From the NCBI GenBank assembly GCA_020725605.1, contig DYER01000030.1, positions 83 to 64,082 of the forward strand: DNA of 64,000 nt, read 5' to 3'. Positions 36,060-46,889 of the stretch are shown piece by piece. Both the position numbers and the translations under genes were made by a program. The notes below the pieces were generated by a model. It searched no databases. It was not told the DNA's origin and saw only the letters and a program-made list of their open reading frames with translations. Origin of the DNA: Ammonifex sp. (GTDB lineage: Bacteria > Bacillota > Desulfotomaculia > Desulfotomaculales > DYER01). Within the stretch, counting starts at the first letter, position 1, and each line of letters opens with the position of its first letter.

Positions 36060-37211
36060 TTGGCGGTGGCGCCACGGATACTCTGGGCCGCGGGTACGCT
36101 CATACTGGTGGCCGGCATGATACTCCGGCCCAAGTCCGTTTACGAAGGCGCCTCCATGGGGCTTTCCCTCTGGTGGCAGGTGGTTTTGCCCTCCCTGCTT
36201 CCCTTTTTCATCGTCTCGGAACTCTTGCTCAACCTCGGCTTCGTGCACTTCCTGGGCCTGCTGCTCGAACCGGTTATGCGCCCCGTGTTCCGCCTCCCGG
36301 GCGCGGCCTCCTTCGGGCTCGCCATCGGGTATACCAGCGGTTATCCCATCGGCGCGATGATCGGCGCGCGCCTGCGCCAGGAGGGTCTCTGTACCAGGGA
36401 AGAGGCGGAACACCTCGTGGCCTTTACCAACAACGCCAGCCCGCTGTTCCTGCTCGTGGCCGTGGCGGTGGGTTTCTTCGGCCAACCCGCCCTGGGGCCG
36501 CTCCTCGCCGCGGCCCATTACACCGCCAACCTCACCCTGGGCCTGCTCTGGGGATGGTCACGGGCCTTCTTGGGGTCGGATTCCCGGAGCCTTTCCGTGC
36601 GGCCCGCCGGCCCCCGGGTGCCACAAAAGCCCGCCCCGCCTGGTCAGCTACTGGTAGAGGCGGTGCGCCGCGCCCTGGACGGATTGCTGGCCATCGGCGG
36701 CTTCATGGCCCTGTGCGGGGTGGCAATCCGCCTTCTCACCGTTGCCGGGGCCCTGGACCTTCTGGAGGGCGCCCTGGGGTGGCTCTTCCTGCCCCTGGGG
36801 GTGGACCGGGCCTTACTGCCGGCCCTCGCCGCCGGACTGCTGGAACTCAGTATCGGTACGCGCCTGGTCACCCAGACCCCCGTGCCCCTCGAGCAGCAAT
36901 TGACCGCCGTGGCCTTCATTACGGGCTGGGGCGGGCTCTCCGTACACCTGCAGGCCGCGGCGTTTTTGCATCCCGCGGGCCTGCGTCTCTGGCCCTTCAC
37001 CCTGGCCCGCCTCCTGCACGGCTACCTGGCCGCCCTCTATACCGGGCTGCTGCAGGCGTGGTGGCCCCTGCCCGCCGCGGGTCCGCCGCCCGCCGCGTTT
37101 CCCGGCCTCTGGGCCGCGGCCGCCGCGGACCTGGCCCGTGGCCTGGCGGTGCTGGGGTTGCTTGCCCTGCTGGGGCTCCTGCTCCTGCCCTTCCGGCGGC
37201 AAAAAAACTGA
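36060..37211 (+). CDS. ylbJ: Sporulation integral membrane protein YlbJ
   Basis: 383 aa. ...GLSLWWQVVLPSLLPFFIVSELLLNLGFVHFLGLLLEPVMRPVFRLPGAASF...FTNNASPLFL... The start may be the GTG at 36066. Confidence 0.85.
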   Translation: MAVAPRILWAAGTLILVAGMILRPKSVYEGASMGLSLWWQVVLPSLLPFFIVSELLLNLGFVHFLGLLLEPVMRPVFRLPGAASFGLAIGYTSGYPIGAMIGARLRQEGLCTREEAEHLVAFTNNASPLFLLVAVAVGFFGQPALGPLLAAAHYTANLTLGLLWGWSRAFLGSDSRSLSVRPAGPRVPQKPAPPGQLLVEAVRRALDGLLAIGGFMALCGVAIRLLTVAGALDLLEGALGWLFLPLGVDRALLPALAAGLLELSIGTRLVTQTPVPLEQQLTAVAFITGWGGLSVHLQAAAFLHPAGLRLWPFTLARLLHGYLAALYTGLLQAWWPLPAAGPPPAAFPGLWAAAAADLARGLAVLGLLALLGLLLLPFRRQKN

Positions 37212-37215
37212 GCCG

Positions 37216-37662
37216 CTACTTTCCGCCCCTGAGCTCCGCGCGCCCCTCCTGAATCTGGGCCATTACCTTCTGGAGGTTGTTTTCCAGCTGCTGAAGGATC
37301 TCGTCGGCGTATTCCCGCGCCCCCTGGCGGATTTCCCTGGCCACGGCCTCGGCCCGCTGCACGATCTCCTGGGCCAGGGCCTGCGCCTGGCGCACGACCT
37401 CGCTTTCCTCGGCCCACCGCTCCGCCTGCCGGCGTGCCTCGCTGAGGATGCGCTCCGCCTCCCGCTGGGACTCGCTCAGAAACTTTTCCTTTTCCTGCAG
37501 CAACTGCCGCGCCCTCCGGAGTTCCTCGGGAAAAGCGGCCCGCACCCGGTCCAGGAAATCCAGCAACCTTTCCTCGTCGACGATCAGTTTGCGGGTCATG
37601 GGAATGCGGGGGCTTTCCTCGACGAACTCCTCGAACTCGTTTAAGAGTTGCGCCAGCTCCAA
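37216..37662 (-). CDS. Coiled-coil protein (ATP synthase b / V-ATPase subunit H-like repeat region)
   Basis: The TTG at 37662 lies 6 nt after GGGGAGGG and directly after the coaD stop. The product is (M)ELAQLLNEFEEFVEESPRIPMTRKLIVDEERLLDFLDRVRAAFPEELRRARQ... Confidence 0.55.
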   Translation of the reverse strand: MELAQLLNEFEEFVEESPRIPMTRKLIVDEERLLDFLDRVRAAFPEELRRARQLLQEKEKFLSESQREAERILSEARRQAERWAEESEVVRQAQALAQEIVQRAEAVAREIRQGAREYADEILQQLENNLQKVMAQIQEGRAELRGGK

Positions 37663-37664
37663 AC

Positions 37665-38168
37665 CTAGCCCTCCCCGGCCGCCGTCCAACGCTGGCGGAA
37701 TTTGTGACGTAGCATCTCGGCCACCACCGGCGGCACCAGATCTGCAAGGCAACCGCCGAAGTAGGCGATTTCCCGCACCGCCCGTGAACTCATAAAGGAG
37801 CACTCCGCCCGGGTCATCAAGAACATGGTCTCCACCTCGGGCGCCAGCTTTTTGTTGGTCAGCGCCATCATGAATTCGTTTTCGAAGTCGGAAATGGCCC
37901 GCAGGCCGCGCACGATGACCCTCGCCCCCCGCCGGCGCGCGTAATCTACGGTGAGGCCCTCGAAGGCGTCCACCTCCACGTTGCGGTAGGGTGTCACGAC
38001 CTGCTTCAGCATGTACACCCGCTCGGCCGCGGTAAAGAGGGGCCGTTTAACCATGTTCTCTGCCACCGCAACGATCAGGTGATCGAACAGGTTGGCGGCG
38101 CGTTCTACGATGTCCAGATGGCCGTAGGTGACGGGATCAAAACTCCCCGGGTAGATTGCCGTGGTCAT
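37665..38168 (-). CDS. coaD: Phosphopantetheine adenylyltransferase
   Basis: 167 aa. AIYPGSFDPVTYGHLDIVERA. Confidence 0.95.
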   Translation of the reverse strand: MTTAIYPGSFDPVTYGHLDIVERAANLFDHLIVAVAENMVKRPLFTAAERVYMLKQVVTPYRNVEVDAFEGLTVDYARRRGARVIVRGLRAISDFENEFMMALTNKKLAPEVETMFLMTRAECSFMSSRAVREIAYFGGCLADLVPPVVAEMLRHKFRQRWTAAGEG

Positions 38169-38727
38169 CGCCTACCTCCTTCTCGGCATAAAAGGCCAGT
38201 ACACTGTCTCCGTAGCGCCGGTGGCGCACGAGACGCAAGATGCCCTCGGTTTCGGGCAGGGGGTTGCGCTTGCAGGTCTCCAGGATTACGAGACCTGCGG
38301 AGGCCAGGAGGCCGTGCCGGACCACCAGGTCCAGCAGCGGGCCGGGGAAACCGGTCCCGTAGGGCGGGTCCGCGAAGACCAGCTCGAAGCGGCGGCCCTG
38401 ACGGCCGAGCAGGCGCAGGGCCGCTCCGGCATCCAGGGCCAGCACCTCGGCCCGGGTTTCCAGATGCGTGCGGGCCAGGTTTTCCTTCAGCACCCGCACG
38501 GCGCGGGGGTCGCGCTCGACGAAGACGGCCAGCGCCGCTCCCCGGCTGAGGGCCTCGATGCCCACCGCTCCGGAGCCGGCGAAGAGGTCCAGAAACCGGC
38601 TGCCCCGGACCAGGCCGCCCAGGATGTTGAAAAGGGCCTCCCGCGTACGCGCCGCCGTGGGCCTGGTGGCCCGGCCGCGGGGTACCTTCAGGGGATGTCC
38701 TCTGGCCGAACCCGCGATTACGCGCAA
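38137..38727 (-). CDS. rsmD: 16S rRNA (guanine966-N2)-methyltransferase
   Basis: 196 aa. MRVIAGSARG...TRPTAARTREALFNIL...DLFAGSGAVGIEALSRGA...ADPPY. Confidence 0.9.
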   Translation of the reverse strand: MRVIAGSARGHPLKVPRGRATRPTAARTREALFNILGGLVRGSRFLDLFAGSGAVGIEALSRGAALAVFVERDPRAVRVLKENLARTHLETRAEVLALDAGAALRLLGRQGRRFELVFADPPYGTGFPGPLLDLVVRHGLLASAGLVILETCKRNPLPETEGILRLVRHRRYGDSVLAFYAEKEVGDDHGNLPGEF

Positions 38728-38834
38728 AAGCTTTCCCTCCGCCAGGATTATACCATAGTATTGCGGAAAAGAAACAGTATTTTGGTATAATATCGCGCCG
38801 GCCGGATAACCTAAGGTTCGGGGGCAAGAGGATC

Positions 38835-39785
38835 GTGAGTGTGGACCTGGCGCTGGAAGCCCACGAACTGGCCCGCGGGCGCACGGGGCGCGAGATTCCC
38901 GGCGTGGCGGTGCACCGGGAGACTTATCCCCACGCCACCGTTACCACCGTGCGGGTGCTGGACGAACGGGCGGAGACCATCATGGGGAAGCCGCGCGGCA
39001 CGTATGTGACCATAGAGGCGCCCGCGATGCGCGAGAACAACCGGCAGGCCCACAGGGAGATCGTGAGGACCGTCGGCGCGCAACTGGCCTCCCTGCTCCG
39101 CATAGGCGAGGACGCCCAGGTGCTGCTGGTGGGACTGGGCAACTGGCACGCCACGCCCGACAGCCTGGGTCCCAAAGTGGTGGATTATTCCCTCGTCACC
39201 CGCCACCTCTACCGTTACGCGCCGCAGGAACTGAAAGGGGGCATGCGGCCGGTCTGTGCCATCGCCCCCGGCGTGCTGGGGACCACCGGCATCGAAACGT
39301 CGGAAATCATCCGCGGACTGGTGGAAAAAATTCAACCTGACCTGATTATCGCCATCGACGCCCTGGCGGCCCAGAACGTGAACCGCATCGCAACCACGAT
39401 CCAGATGGCCGACACCGGTATTCAGCCGGGTTCCGGGGTAGGCACCATGCCCCGCGTCGGCATTACCCGCGAGACCATGGGCACCGAGGTCATAGCCGTA
39501 GGGGTGCCCACCGTGGTGCGCGCGGATACCATAGCGCGCGAGGCCCTCCAGCACTACCTGATGCGTCAGGCCACGATTGCCAACAGGCCCTACCAGCCCC
39601 CCAACCGGGAATTCGTGGACGAGGTCGTCGAGGGCGTGCTGGCGCCCTTCGGGGGGCATCTGATGGTGACGCCGAAGGAGATCGACGAACTCATTGAGAA
39701 TACGGCCCGCATCCTGGCGGGCGGCATTGCCGCGGCCCTGCACCGTTCCCTGACGGCCGAGGAATACTGCCTGTACCTGCAGTAA
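38835..39785 (+). CDS. gpr: Germination protease (GPR endopeptidase)
   Basis: 316 aa. ...VLLVGLGNWHATPDSLGPKVV...IIAIDALAA...GIQPGSGVG... Confidence 0.9.
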   Translation: MSVDLALEAHELARGRTGREIPGVAVHRETYPHATVTTVRVLDERAETIMGKPRGTYVTIEAPAMRENNRQAHREIVRTVGAQLASLLRIGEDAQVLLVGLGNWHATPDSLGPKVVDYSLVTRHLYRYAPQELKGGMRPVCAIAPGVLGTTGIETSEIIRGLVEKIQPDLIIAIDALAAQNVNRIATTIQMADTGIQPGSGVGTMPRVGITRETMGTEVIAVGVPTVVRADTIAREALQHYLMRQATIANRPYQPPNREFVDEVVEGVLAPFGGHLMVTPKEIDELIENTARILAGGIAAALHRSLTAEEYCLYLQ

Positions 39786-39792
39786 AAACTAA

Positions 39793-39822
39793 GAGCAAGC
39801 GGATCCGGTCATCCGCTTGCTC
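39793..39822 (-). terminator. Terminator hairpin between the convergent gpr and SASP genes
   Basis: GAGCAAGCGGAT-ccggtc-ATCCGCTTGCTC, a 12-bp stem. The T-run (TTAGTTTTTAC) is on the minus-strand side only, so it clearly serves the SASP gene. Confidence 0.7.
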
Positions 39823-39829
39823 CTTCAGG

Positions 39830-40078
39830 TTAGCGTAGCGTCGGGGTCACGGTGGCGGTGAGACCCTGGTTATTGACCATGTTCTGCTCGTAGGCCAGGA
39901 TCATGCGCCTTACCATGTGCCCCCCGATCGCACCGTTCTGCCGGGACGGGACGTCTCCCAGGTAGCTGCCGGGCGGGAGCGTGATCCCGACTTCCCGCGC
40001 GATTTCCCACTTCATCTGGTCCAGGGCCGCCCGGGCCTCGGGAACCAGAACGCGGTTGGTGCGCTGGCCTTGCGCCAT
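39830..40078 (-). CDS. Alpha/beta-type small acid-soluble spore protein
   Basis: 82 aa. ...LVPEARAALDQMKWEIAREVGI...YLGDVPSRQNGAIGGHMVRRMI... Confidence 0.9.
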   Translation of the reverse strand: MAQGQRTNRVLVPEARAALDQMKWEIAREVGITLPPGSYLGDVPSRQNGAIGGHMVRRMILAYEQNMVNNQGLTATVTPTLR

Positions 40079-40102
40079 CGTTTTTCACCTCCTTGCGTTT
40101 CT

Positions 40103-40131
40103 TATTATGGCCCGGCGGCCCGCGCTTATGC
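40103..40131 (-). promoter_or_regulatory. Candidate forespore (sigma-G/F type) promoter of the SASP gene
   Basis: The minus strand reads GCATA-17 nt-CATAATA about 25 nt upstream of the AAGGAGGTG RBS, resembling the sigma-G consensus (GnATA N17-18 CATnnTA). Confidence 0.4.
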
Positions 40132-40194
40132 CCGGAACTTTCTGAGCCAATTAACAAGACAGGTTTTTACTGCTGCCGGTAATGGAAAAATTTT

Positions 40195-40947
40195 CTATTC
40201 CATACCCTCAAGTAGGGCGCAGGCGGCCTCGGCCAGGGCCGCGCGGTCGTAGCCCCCTTCCAGGACCGCGAAAAGCCTGCCGGAGGCCCTGGCCGCGGCG
40301 AAGTCCGCCACCATGCGGCCGATGAGCTCGTAGTCCTCGGTGTAGAGGGTGCCGCCCCAGTCCGCCACGTGGCGGTCGAAGCCCGCGGAGAGGGCCACGA
40401 GGTCGTAGGATCCCTGGGTGCCGAGGAACTCCTCGAGTTCGCTCAGGAACTCCCGCCGGCTCTGGGCGGACACGTGGTAGTAGGCGACTTCCGGCACGCG
40501 GCCGAAAACGGCGGCCGTGCCGTCCCCGAAGTGCAGGTCGATGTCCACGATCAGGGCCGTCCTTATGTCCCCGCGGTACCTCAGCTTTTCCACGGCCACG
40601 GCCACGTTGTTGAACCAGCAGAATCCCCAGCTGGAACTGGGACTGGCGTGGTGTCCGGGCGGCCGGATGAGGCCGAAGGCCTTTTCGCCCGCCAGCGCGA
40701 GTTCGGCGGCCGCGATGGCGCCCCCCGCGGCCAGCAGGGCCATCTCGTAGGTCAACCCGCGGCGCTTCACGGCCTCGATGTGGGCCGTGGTGTGCACGCG
40801 GGCCACGTCTCCTACCGCGGCCGGTGCCGGCTCCACGAAGGAAAAGTGTCGCCGCAGTTCTTCCACCGCCAGGTCCAGGCGTCCGGGGGCCGCCGCGGCG
40901 TCCCGGGCGTAAACCTCGCGAAAGCGCTCGTGAAAGACGACCTTCAC
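40195..40947 (-). CDS. Histone deacetylase-family (arginase fold) deacetylase
   Basis: 250 aa. ...RPPGHHA...GFCWFNNVAVA...IVDIDLHFGDGT... Confidence 0.85.
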   Translation of the reverse strand: MKVVFHERFREVYARDAAAAPGRLDLAVEELRRHFSFVEPAPAAVGDVARVHTTAHIEAVKRRGLTYEMALLAAGGAIAAAELALAGEKAFGLIRPPGHHASPSSSWGFCWFNNVAVAVEKLRYRGDIRTALIVDIDLHFGDGTAAVFGRVPEVAYYHVSAQSRREFLSELEEFLGTQGSYDLVALSAGFDRHVADWGGTLYTEDYELIGRMVADFAAARASGRLFAVLEGGYDRAALAEAACALLEGME

Positions 40948-41137
40948 CGTCCCCTCCCCTTTCCCGGTTTGTACATGCCTCCCAGAGCCGCGTTTCTACG
41001 TGATGCCTCCCGCCGCCACGCGGGGATCTTCGGGTCATGCGGGTGGACCCGCACCCCGTCCGGCAGGCGCCCCGGCGGGCCGGCGCCGGGATACCCGGGT
41101 GGGTGGGGCCGGAGGCTCCCAATACCGTGCACGCCGG

Positions 41138-43195
41138 TCAGCTGACGCCGAGGTAGCCGCTACCCCGCCCGAAGCGCCGCCGGGCCTCCTCCTTCAGGCC
41201 CCGGTGTTCCGGCCTCGCCATTCCCGGGTCCTGCCGCAACAGCTCCGCCGCCTCTTGCCTGGCGAGCTGTAGTATCTCGTAATCCTGGATCGGGTCCGCG
41301 ACCTTGAAGTCTGGCAGGCCCCACTGCCGGGTGCCGAAGAATTCGCCGGGTCCCCGCAGGCGCAAATCCTCCTCGGCCAGGGCGAAGCCGTCGGAGGTGC
41401 GGGCCACGGCCGCCAGCCTGGCCCGGGCCTCTTCACCCCTGGCGCCGGCCACCAGGATGCAGAAGGCCCGGTGGCCGCCGCGGCCCACCCGGCCCCGCAA
41501 CTGGTGGAGCTGGGCCAGACCGAAGCGTTCGGCGTCGTGGATGACCATGACCGTGGCGTTGGGCACGTCCACGCCCACTTCTATGACCGTGGTGGCCACC
41601 AGGACCTGGATTTCGCCACGGCGAAAGGCGGCCATGACCTCTTCCCGCTCCTGGGGCCGCATGCGCCCGTGGATGAGACCGACGCGGAAGTCGGGAAAGA
41701 CCTCCTCGGCCAGGTGCGCCGCCAGTTCCACGGCAGCCTGGCTCTGCAGCTGCTCGGACTCCTCCACCAGGGGGCAGACCACGTAGGCCTGGCGGCCCGC
41801 CGCGACCTGCTCCCGCACCAGGGCGTAAACGCGGTCCAGGGCCTGCGGCGAGACCACGTGGGTCTGCACGGGCTGGCGCCCCGGGGGCAGTTCCCTGATG
41901 GTCGATATCTCCAGATCGCCGTACAGGGTGAGCGCCAGGGTGCGGGGTATGGGGGTCGCCGTCATGACCAGGGTGTCGGGGTGGTAGCCCTTGGCCTGCA
42001 GCGAGGCCCGCTGCCGCACGCCGAAGCGGTGCTGCTCGTCCACCACCACCAGGGCCAGCCTTCCGAAGGTTACCCCCTCCTGAATCAGGGCGTGGGTGCC
42101 CACCACCACCGGAATGCTGCCGTCCGCCAGCCCGGAAAGTACCAGCTCCCTTTCGTCGCCCCGCACGCTGCCGGTCAGCAGGGCCACCTCCACTCCTGCG
42201 GCGCCCAGCAGGTCCCGCAATACGCCGTAGTGCTGTTCGGCCAGGATTTCCGTCGGCGCCATGAGGGCACCCTGCAGCCCGCTTGCGGCCGCTCTGGCCA
42301 GGGCCAGGGCCGCGATGACCGTCTTGCCGGAGCCCACGTCTCCCTGCAGCAGCCGCTGCATGGGCACCGGACGGTCCATGTCGGCGCTTATTTCGGCCCA
42401 CACCCGCTCCTGGTCCCGGGTGAGGCTGAAGGGCAGCCCGGCCAGCAGGCGCCCCACCAGTTCGCAATTGCGCCGGTAGGCGAAGGGTTTCTTCCGGCGC
42501 TCCACCGCCAGGCGCCGGCGCAGGACCAGCAACTGAAACAGGAAAAATTCCTCAAAGACGAAGCGCCGCCGGGCGCGTGCCGCCTCCTCAGGAGAGGCGG
42601 GAAAGTGGACCTGCCTGATGGCCTCCGGCCGCGCGGGGAGTTGCAGGCGGTCGAGCACGGCGGGGGGCAGGAACTCGGTGCACTCGTCGGCCCAGCGGTC
42701 CAGGGCCTCCCGCACGAGCTGGCGCACCAGCTTGGGATGCAGCTTTTCGGTCAGGGGGTACACGGGCACCAGGCGCCCGAAGTGCAGGTCCTCGCCCTCG
42801 GGCTCGCAGTCCGTGACGTGGATTTCCGTGCGGCCGAAAAAGCGGTGCACCTTGCCGGTAACCAGGAGCCTGCTGCCGGGCGGGAAGGCCTTCAGGACGT
42901 GGCTCTGATTGAACCATACGGCGTAGAAGGGGCCGCTGGCGTCCTCCATGGCCAGCTTGACCACGGTCAGGCCGGGGCGGGGCTTGATTTCTTCGCCGGC
43001 CACCACCCGCCCCCGCAGGACCGCTACGCTCCCCGGCACCGCGGCCGCCGCGGACACCACCTCCCGCCGGTCCTCGTAGCGGCGGGGAAAGTGGTAGAGG
43101 AGGTCGTATACGGTGTTGATGCCCAGCCGCGCCAGCAGGCTGGCCCGGCGCGGCCCCACGCCCTTCAGGTACTGGATCGGGAAGTCCAGCGGCAC
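41138..43195 (-). CDS. recG: ATP-dependent DNA helicase RecG
   Basis: ...[11 protein letters not shown]..., DEQHRFGV, ...QLRGRVGRG... and an N-terminal wedge domain. The start is reassigned to the GTG at 43195, 9 nt after AAGGAGG. Confidence 0.9.
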   Translation of the reverse strand: MPLDFPIQYLKGVGPRRASLLARLGINTVYDLLYHFPRRYEDRREVVSAAAAVPGSVAVLRGRVVAGEEIKPRPGLTVVKLAMEDASGPFYAVWFNQSHVLKAFPPGSRLLVTGKVHRFFGRTEIHVTDCEPEGEDLHFGRLVPVYPLTEKLHPKLVRQLVREALDRWADECTEFLPPAVLDRLQLPARPEAIRQVHFPASPEEAARARRRFVFEEFFLFQLLVLRRRLAVERRKKPFAYRRNCELVGRLLAGLPFSLTRDQERVWAEISADMDRPVPMQRLLQGDVGSGKTVIAALALARAAASGLQGALMAPTEILAEQHYGVLRDLLGAAGVEVALLTGSVRGDERELVLSGLADGSIPVVVGTHALIQEGVTFGRLALVVVDEQHRFGVRQRASLQAKGYHPDTLVMTATPIPRTLALTLYGDLEISTIRELPPGRQPVQTHVVSPQALDRVYALVREQVAAGRQAYVVCPLVEESEQLQSQAAVELAAHLAEEVFPDFRVGLIHGRMRPQEREEVMAAFRRGEIQVLVATTVIEVGVDVPNATVMVIHDAERFGLAQLHQLRGRVGRGGHRAFCILVAGARGEEARARLAAVARTSDGFALAEEDLRLRGPGEFFGTRQWGLPDFKVADPIQDYEILQLARQEAAELLRQDPGMARPEHRGLKEEARRRFGRGSGYLGVS

Positions 43196-43329
43196 ACTTA
43201 GGAGCCTCCTTAGTACCGGACCCGGGCCCCCGGCGTACGGTGCGGATGCCGGCAGCCCCGGTATTCCCGAAGGCGGGTGTACCTTTGGCGGTGGATATTC
43301 CATATAATGGTCGAAAGGGAGGAAAGCAC

Positions 43330-44373
43330 GTGTTCAGGCGCTTTGAAAACAACTGGTTTTACGTACCGGACCCGCCGGGTCGCTCCAGCCTGGAGGCCCA
43401 CGGCAGGGAACTCAATTACGTCCTTCCCTTTTGGTTCGGGGTACGCGAAGACGGCACGCTCCAGGACATGTCAGATGCGGAAGGGACGGCCCTCATTCGC
43501 GCCTACAACCTTTCGGTACTGGCCATCGTGCACAACTATTCGAGCCCCGAGTTCGGCCCCTTGATCCATCGCCTCCTGACCGCCGAGCGGCTGCGGCAGA
43601 CCCTGGTGGTCAGTATCGTGGAAATGTTGCAGGCCAGGGGTTTTGCAGGAGTCAATATCGATTTTGAGTTCGTCCCGCCCGAAGATCGGCCTTATCTCAC
43701 GCTCTTCATGGCCGAACTCTACGCGGCACTCCATCCCCTGAGGTTTCTGGCAACCATTTCGGTGCCGGCCGAACTGGAAGACAACCCCCGCCATCCTTTC
43801 TCCGGGGCCTTCAGTTACCCGGACCTGGCCCGTGTGAGCGATCAGATGTACGTTCTGGCCTACGATGAACATTTCACGCAACCGGGGCCCATCGCCTCCA
43901 TCGGGTTCGTACGCCGGGTGCTGGACTACACCCTGTCTGTCGTCCCCCGCCACAAAATACGCCTGGGGATACCGGTTTACGGGTACGACTGGATCCCGGG
44001 AGCGTTGCCCACGACGCTCAGCCATGCCCAGGCCTTGGCCCGCGCGGAGCGCGTCGGGGCGGTAATCCGGTACGACGAGGCGGCACAGGAATCGACGTAC
44101 GACTATATGGAGAACGCCGTGGCCCACGTAGTCTGGTTCGAGGACGTGCGCAGCTTCGACGCCAAACTGGCCCTGGTCCGCCGGCTGCGCCTGCCCGGCA
44201 TCGGCGTCTGGCGCCTGGGACTCGAAGACCCGCGGGTGTGGACCCGTCTCCTCAGGGCGCGCAGCGGCCGCGGGGGGCGGCGCCCCGTAATTTATCAGCG
44301 GGCGGCTTCCGTAGGATTGCGGGGTAGGATATTCCGTATTTTCCCCGCGGGCCGTACGCGGCACCCCCGTTGA
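43330..44373 (+). CDS. Glycoside hydrolase family 18 protein (YaaH/YdhD-like spore peptidoglycan hydrolase type), no LysM seen
   Basis: GH18 catalytic motif GVNIDFEFV. The GTG at 43330 lies 5 nt after GAAAGGGAGGAA. Confidence 0.75.
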   Translation: MFRRFENNWFYVPDPPGRSSLEAHGRELNYVLPFWFGVREDGTLQDMSDAEGTALIRAYNLSVLAIVHNYSSPEFGPLIHRLLTAERLRQTLVVSIVEMLQARGFAGVNIDFEFVPPEDRPYLTLFMAELYAALHPLRFLATISVPAELEDNPRHPFSGAFSYPDLARVSDQMYVLAYDEHFTQPGPIASIGFVRRVLDYTLSVVPRHKIRLGIPVYGYDWIPGALPTTLSHAQALARAERVGAVIRYDEAAQESTYDYMENAVAHVVWFEDVRSFDAKLALVRRLRLPGIGVWRLGLEDPRVWTRLLRARSGRGGRRPVIYQRAASVGLRGRIFRIFPAGRTRHPR

Positions 44374-44426
44374 CGGCAGGACCCTTGCCCGCCCGCGTCC
44401 GGGGTACCGGCATGCCCCTCACACCC

Positions 44427-44455
44427 TTGCGCCGTCCGGCCTTTTCTGCTAGAAT
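44427..44455 (+). promoter_or_regulatory. Candidate sigma-A promoter of rpmB
   Basis: TTGCGC-17 nt-TAGAAT, about 75 nt upstream of the rpmB ATG. Confidence 0.35.
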
Positions 44456-44528
44456 CGAAGGGTGGTCAAAAAGGGTGGCGGACAGGGAACCGCCGGCGTC
44501 GGCCACCCCGATGGGGAGCGTGAGAGCC

Positions 44529-44720
44529 ATGGCACGGCGTTGCGCCATTTGCGGCAAGGGCGTGGGGGTGGGCATGAAGGTCAGCCACTCCAACCGCCGC
44601 ACCAAACGCATCTGGGCCCCCAACCTTCAGCGCGTCAAGGTGAAGGTGGAGGGTCGCAGCATGAGGTTGCGCGTGTGCGCCCGCTGCCTGCGCAGCGGCA
44701 GGGTGCAACGCGCGGTGTAG
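44529..44720 (+). CDS. rpmB: 50S ribosomal protein L28
   Basis: Internal ATG of ORF 44370..44720. The product is MARRCAICGKGVGVGMKVSHSNRRTKRIWAPNLQRVKVKVEGRSMRLRVCARCLRSGRVQRAV. Confidence 0.9.
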   Translation: MARRCAICGKGVGVGMKVSHSNRRTKRIWAPNLQRVKVKVEGRSMRLRVCARCLRSGRVQRAV

Positions 44721-44784
44721 CGGCCGGAGGGCCTCCTGCCCCGCGTGGCACCTTCGCCCCCCGACAACGGCCGCCCGGGACGGC

Positions 44785-45363
44785 CTAGGGCAGCCGCACC
44801 CGCAACTCCCGGTAGACCCGCCCGTCGCGCGCGTCGATAATGCGCACGCCTTCCGGGTCCACGAGGGCCACGGTGGGCGTGCCGTCTCCTTTGGGCAGGG
44901 CCGGGCTGCCCGGGTTGAGGAGTACGGTAGCGCCCCGCTGCTCCAGGAAGGGTTCGTGGGTGTGGCCGAAGACGAAGATCCGCACCCGGTAGCGGCGGGC
45001 GAGTTCCCACTTCTGCTCGGTGGTGGTCGTGTCCCCGTGGTTGACCAGCAGCCGCAGGCCCTCCACGTTCAGGTATACGTAGGGGCTCTGGATGGGCAGC
45101 TCCACCAGCAACTGGTCCACGTCGGCGTCGCAGTTGCCCCGGGCCACGAACACGGGTACGGGGCAGGCGTTGATACGCGCCGCCAGTTTCTCGGGGTCGT
45201 ACCCCGCCGGAAAGGGGTTGCGGGGCCCGTGGTAGAGCAGGTCCCCCGCGTGGCATATGGCATCCACGCCGGCGAAGGGCCCGGCCAGCAATTCGTCCCA
45301 TACGCGTGCGTCACCGTGGGTGTCGCTGATAATGCCCAGACGCAAAACTGCGGCCCCCTTCAC
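44785..45363 (-). CDS. Metallophosphoesterase (YfcE/MJ0936-like phosphodiesterase)
   Basis: 192 aa. ...IISDTHGD...HAGD...GNCD...GHTH... Confidence 0.8.
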   Translation of the reverse strand: MKGAAVLRLGIISDTHGDARVWDELLAGPFAGVDAICHAGDLLYHGPRNPFPAGYDPEKLAARINACPVPVFVARGNCDADVDQLLVELPIQSPYVYLNVEGLRLLVNHGDTTTTEQKWELARRYRVRIFVFGHTHEPFLEQRGATVLLNPGSPALPKGDGTPTVALVDPEGVRIIDARDGRVYRELRVRLP

Positions 45364-46397
45364 ATCATGCGCTCAAGGCGCGGATTGGGAATGCACCCCG
45401 GGATGCGGCCCCGTTTCGCCACCGGACGACCGGCGACTTCCTTGAGGTCCATGGTCATGTCGATGGGCGGAGCCGCCGAAATGTAGCTTCCCACGCCGAA
45501 GGCGTCGGCTCCCGCCGCCCCCAGGCTCCGGATGCGCTCCGGCGTGATGCCCCCGGAAACGAAAATGCGGACGTGGGGGAACCCCGCGCGGTCCAGCCGC
45601 GCCCGGACCTCCTGCACCAGTTCCGGGGTCACCCCCCCGCGTTCGGAGGGCGTATCCAGGCGCACACCGTGGAGGTCCTCCCGCAGGGCCTCGGCCACGC
45701 GCACGGCCTCTTCGGCCTCGTCCTTAAAGGTGTCCACCAGTACGATGACGGGCGCGCTACCGCCCATAAGGTCACGGTAGGCCAGGGCCACCCGCAGCGT
45801 GTCCCCGGCCACCAGGATGGCGGCGTGGGGCATGGTGCCCGTGGGGTCCCGACCCGCCAGTTTGGCGCCCAGAATGCAACTGGCGCCGTCCACGCCCCCC
45901 ACCAGGGCCGCCCGCTCCATGACGGGAGCCACCGCCGGGTGGACGTGCCGGGCGCCGAAGCATATCACGCGCTTGTCCCCGGCCGCCTCCCTGCACGCCC
46001 GGGCCGCCGTGGCCCAGCCGCTGGAGCTGGCCAGGATCCCCAGCAGGGCCGTCTCGTATACGCCGAACTCACTGTACGGCCCGTGGATGCGCATCACCAC
46101 TTCCCTGGCCCGGAAGGGCTCACCCTCGGGGAGGGCCCACACCTCCACCGGCAGCCCGGCCAGGAGGTTCATGACCTCCACGGTGCCGGCGAACACGCCG
46201 TCCCGGCCCCCGAAGATTTCGGCCACCACCGGGGTGTCCGCCAGGCCCAGGTGGCGCAGGATCTCCTGGGTGCGCACGAAGTAGATGTCCGTGGTCCACC
46301 CGTAACGGATCTCGTGGTGCTCCGCCGAGAAGAGGCGGCCCGGCTCCGGGCGCAGCGCGGCCACCTCCGCGAGCTGCCGGATTCTCTCCCGGCCCAC
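45360..46397 (-). CDS. Nicotinate phosphoribosyltransferase family protein
   Basis: 345 aa. ...TDIYFVRT...LGILASSSGWATAA...VRLDTPSERGG... is a type II PRTase pattern. Confidence 0.8.
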   Translation of the reverse strand: MGRERIRQLAEVAALRPEPGRLFSAEHHEIRYGWTTDIYFVRTQEILRHLGLADTPVVAEIFGGRDGVFAGTVEVMNLLAGLPVEVWALPEGEPFRAREVVMRIHGPYSEFGVYETALLGILASSSGWATAARACREAAGDKRVICFGARHVHPAVAPVMERAALVGGVDGASCILGAKLAGRDPTGTMPHAAILVAGDTLRVALAYRDLMGGSAPVIVLVDTFKDEAEEAVRVAEALREDLHGVRLDTPSERGGVTPELVQEVRARLDRAGFPHVRIFVSGGITPERIRSLGAAGADAFGVGSYISAAPPIDMTMDLKEVAGRPVAKRGRIPGCIPNPRLERMM

Positions 46398-46410
46398 GCT
46401 CCCCTCCCCC

Positions 46411-46884
46411 TTACTTTTCCGGCAACCGCCTCATGAGATTGGCCATCTCGATGGCGCTCACCGCCGCTTGCCAGCCCTTGTTGCCGGCCTTGGTGCCCGC
46501 GCGTTCGATGGCCTGCGCCAGGGTGTCGGCCGTGATGACCCCGAAGATGACGGGCACGCCGGTCTCCAGGCCCACCCGGGCCACGCCCTTGGCCACCTCC
46601 GCGGCGACGTATTCGAAGTGGGGGGTGCTGCCCCGGATTACGGCCCCCAGGCAGACCACGGCGTCGTACCGGCCGCGGAGGGCCAGTTTGCGGGCCACCA
46701 GGGGGATCTCGAAGCCGCCCGGCACCCAGGCCACATCCACGTCCTCCTCCGCCACCCCGTGGCGCGTCAGGGCGTCCATGGCCCCGGCCAGCAGGCGGTT
46801 GGTGATGAACTCGTTGAAGCGGCCGACCACGATGCCGAAGCGCAGTCCCTGGCCTACGAGATGGCCTTCGAAGACTTCGCCCAT
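46411..46884 (-). CDS. ribH: 6,7-dimethyl-8-ribityllumazine synthase
   Basis: Internal ATG at 46884. The 157 aa product is ...[13 protein letters not shown]...[10 protein letters not shown]...[14 protein letters not shown]... Confidence 0.95.
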   Translation of the reverse strand: MGEVFEGHLVGQGLRFGIVVGRFNEFITNRLLAGAMDALTRHGVAEEDVDVAWVPGGFEIPLVARKLALRGRYDAVVCLGAVIRGSTPHFEYVAAEVAKGVARVGLETGVPVIFGVITADTLAQAIERAGTKAGNKGWQAAVSAIEMANLMRRLPEK

Positions 46885-46889
46885 GTTCC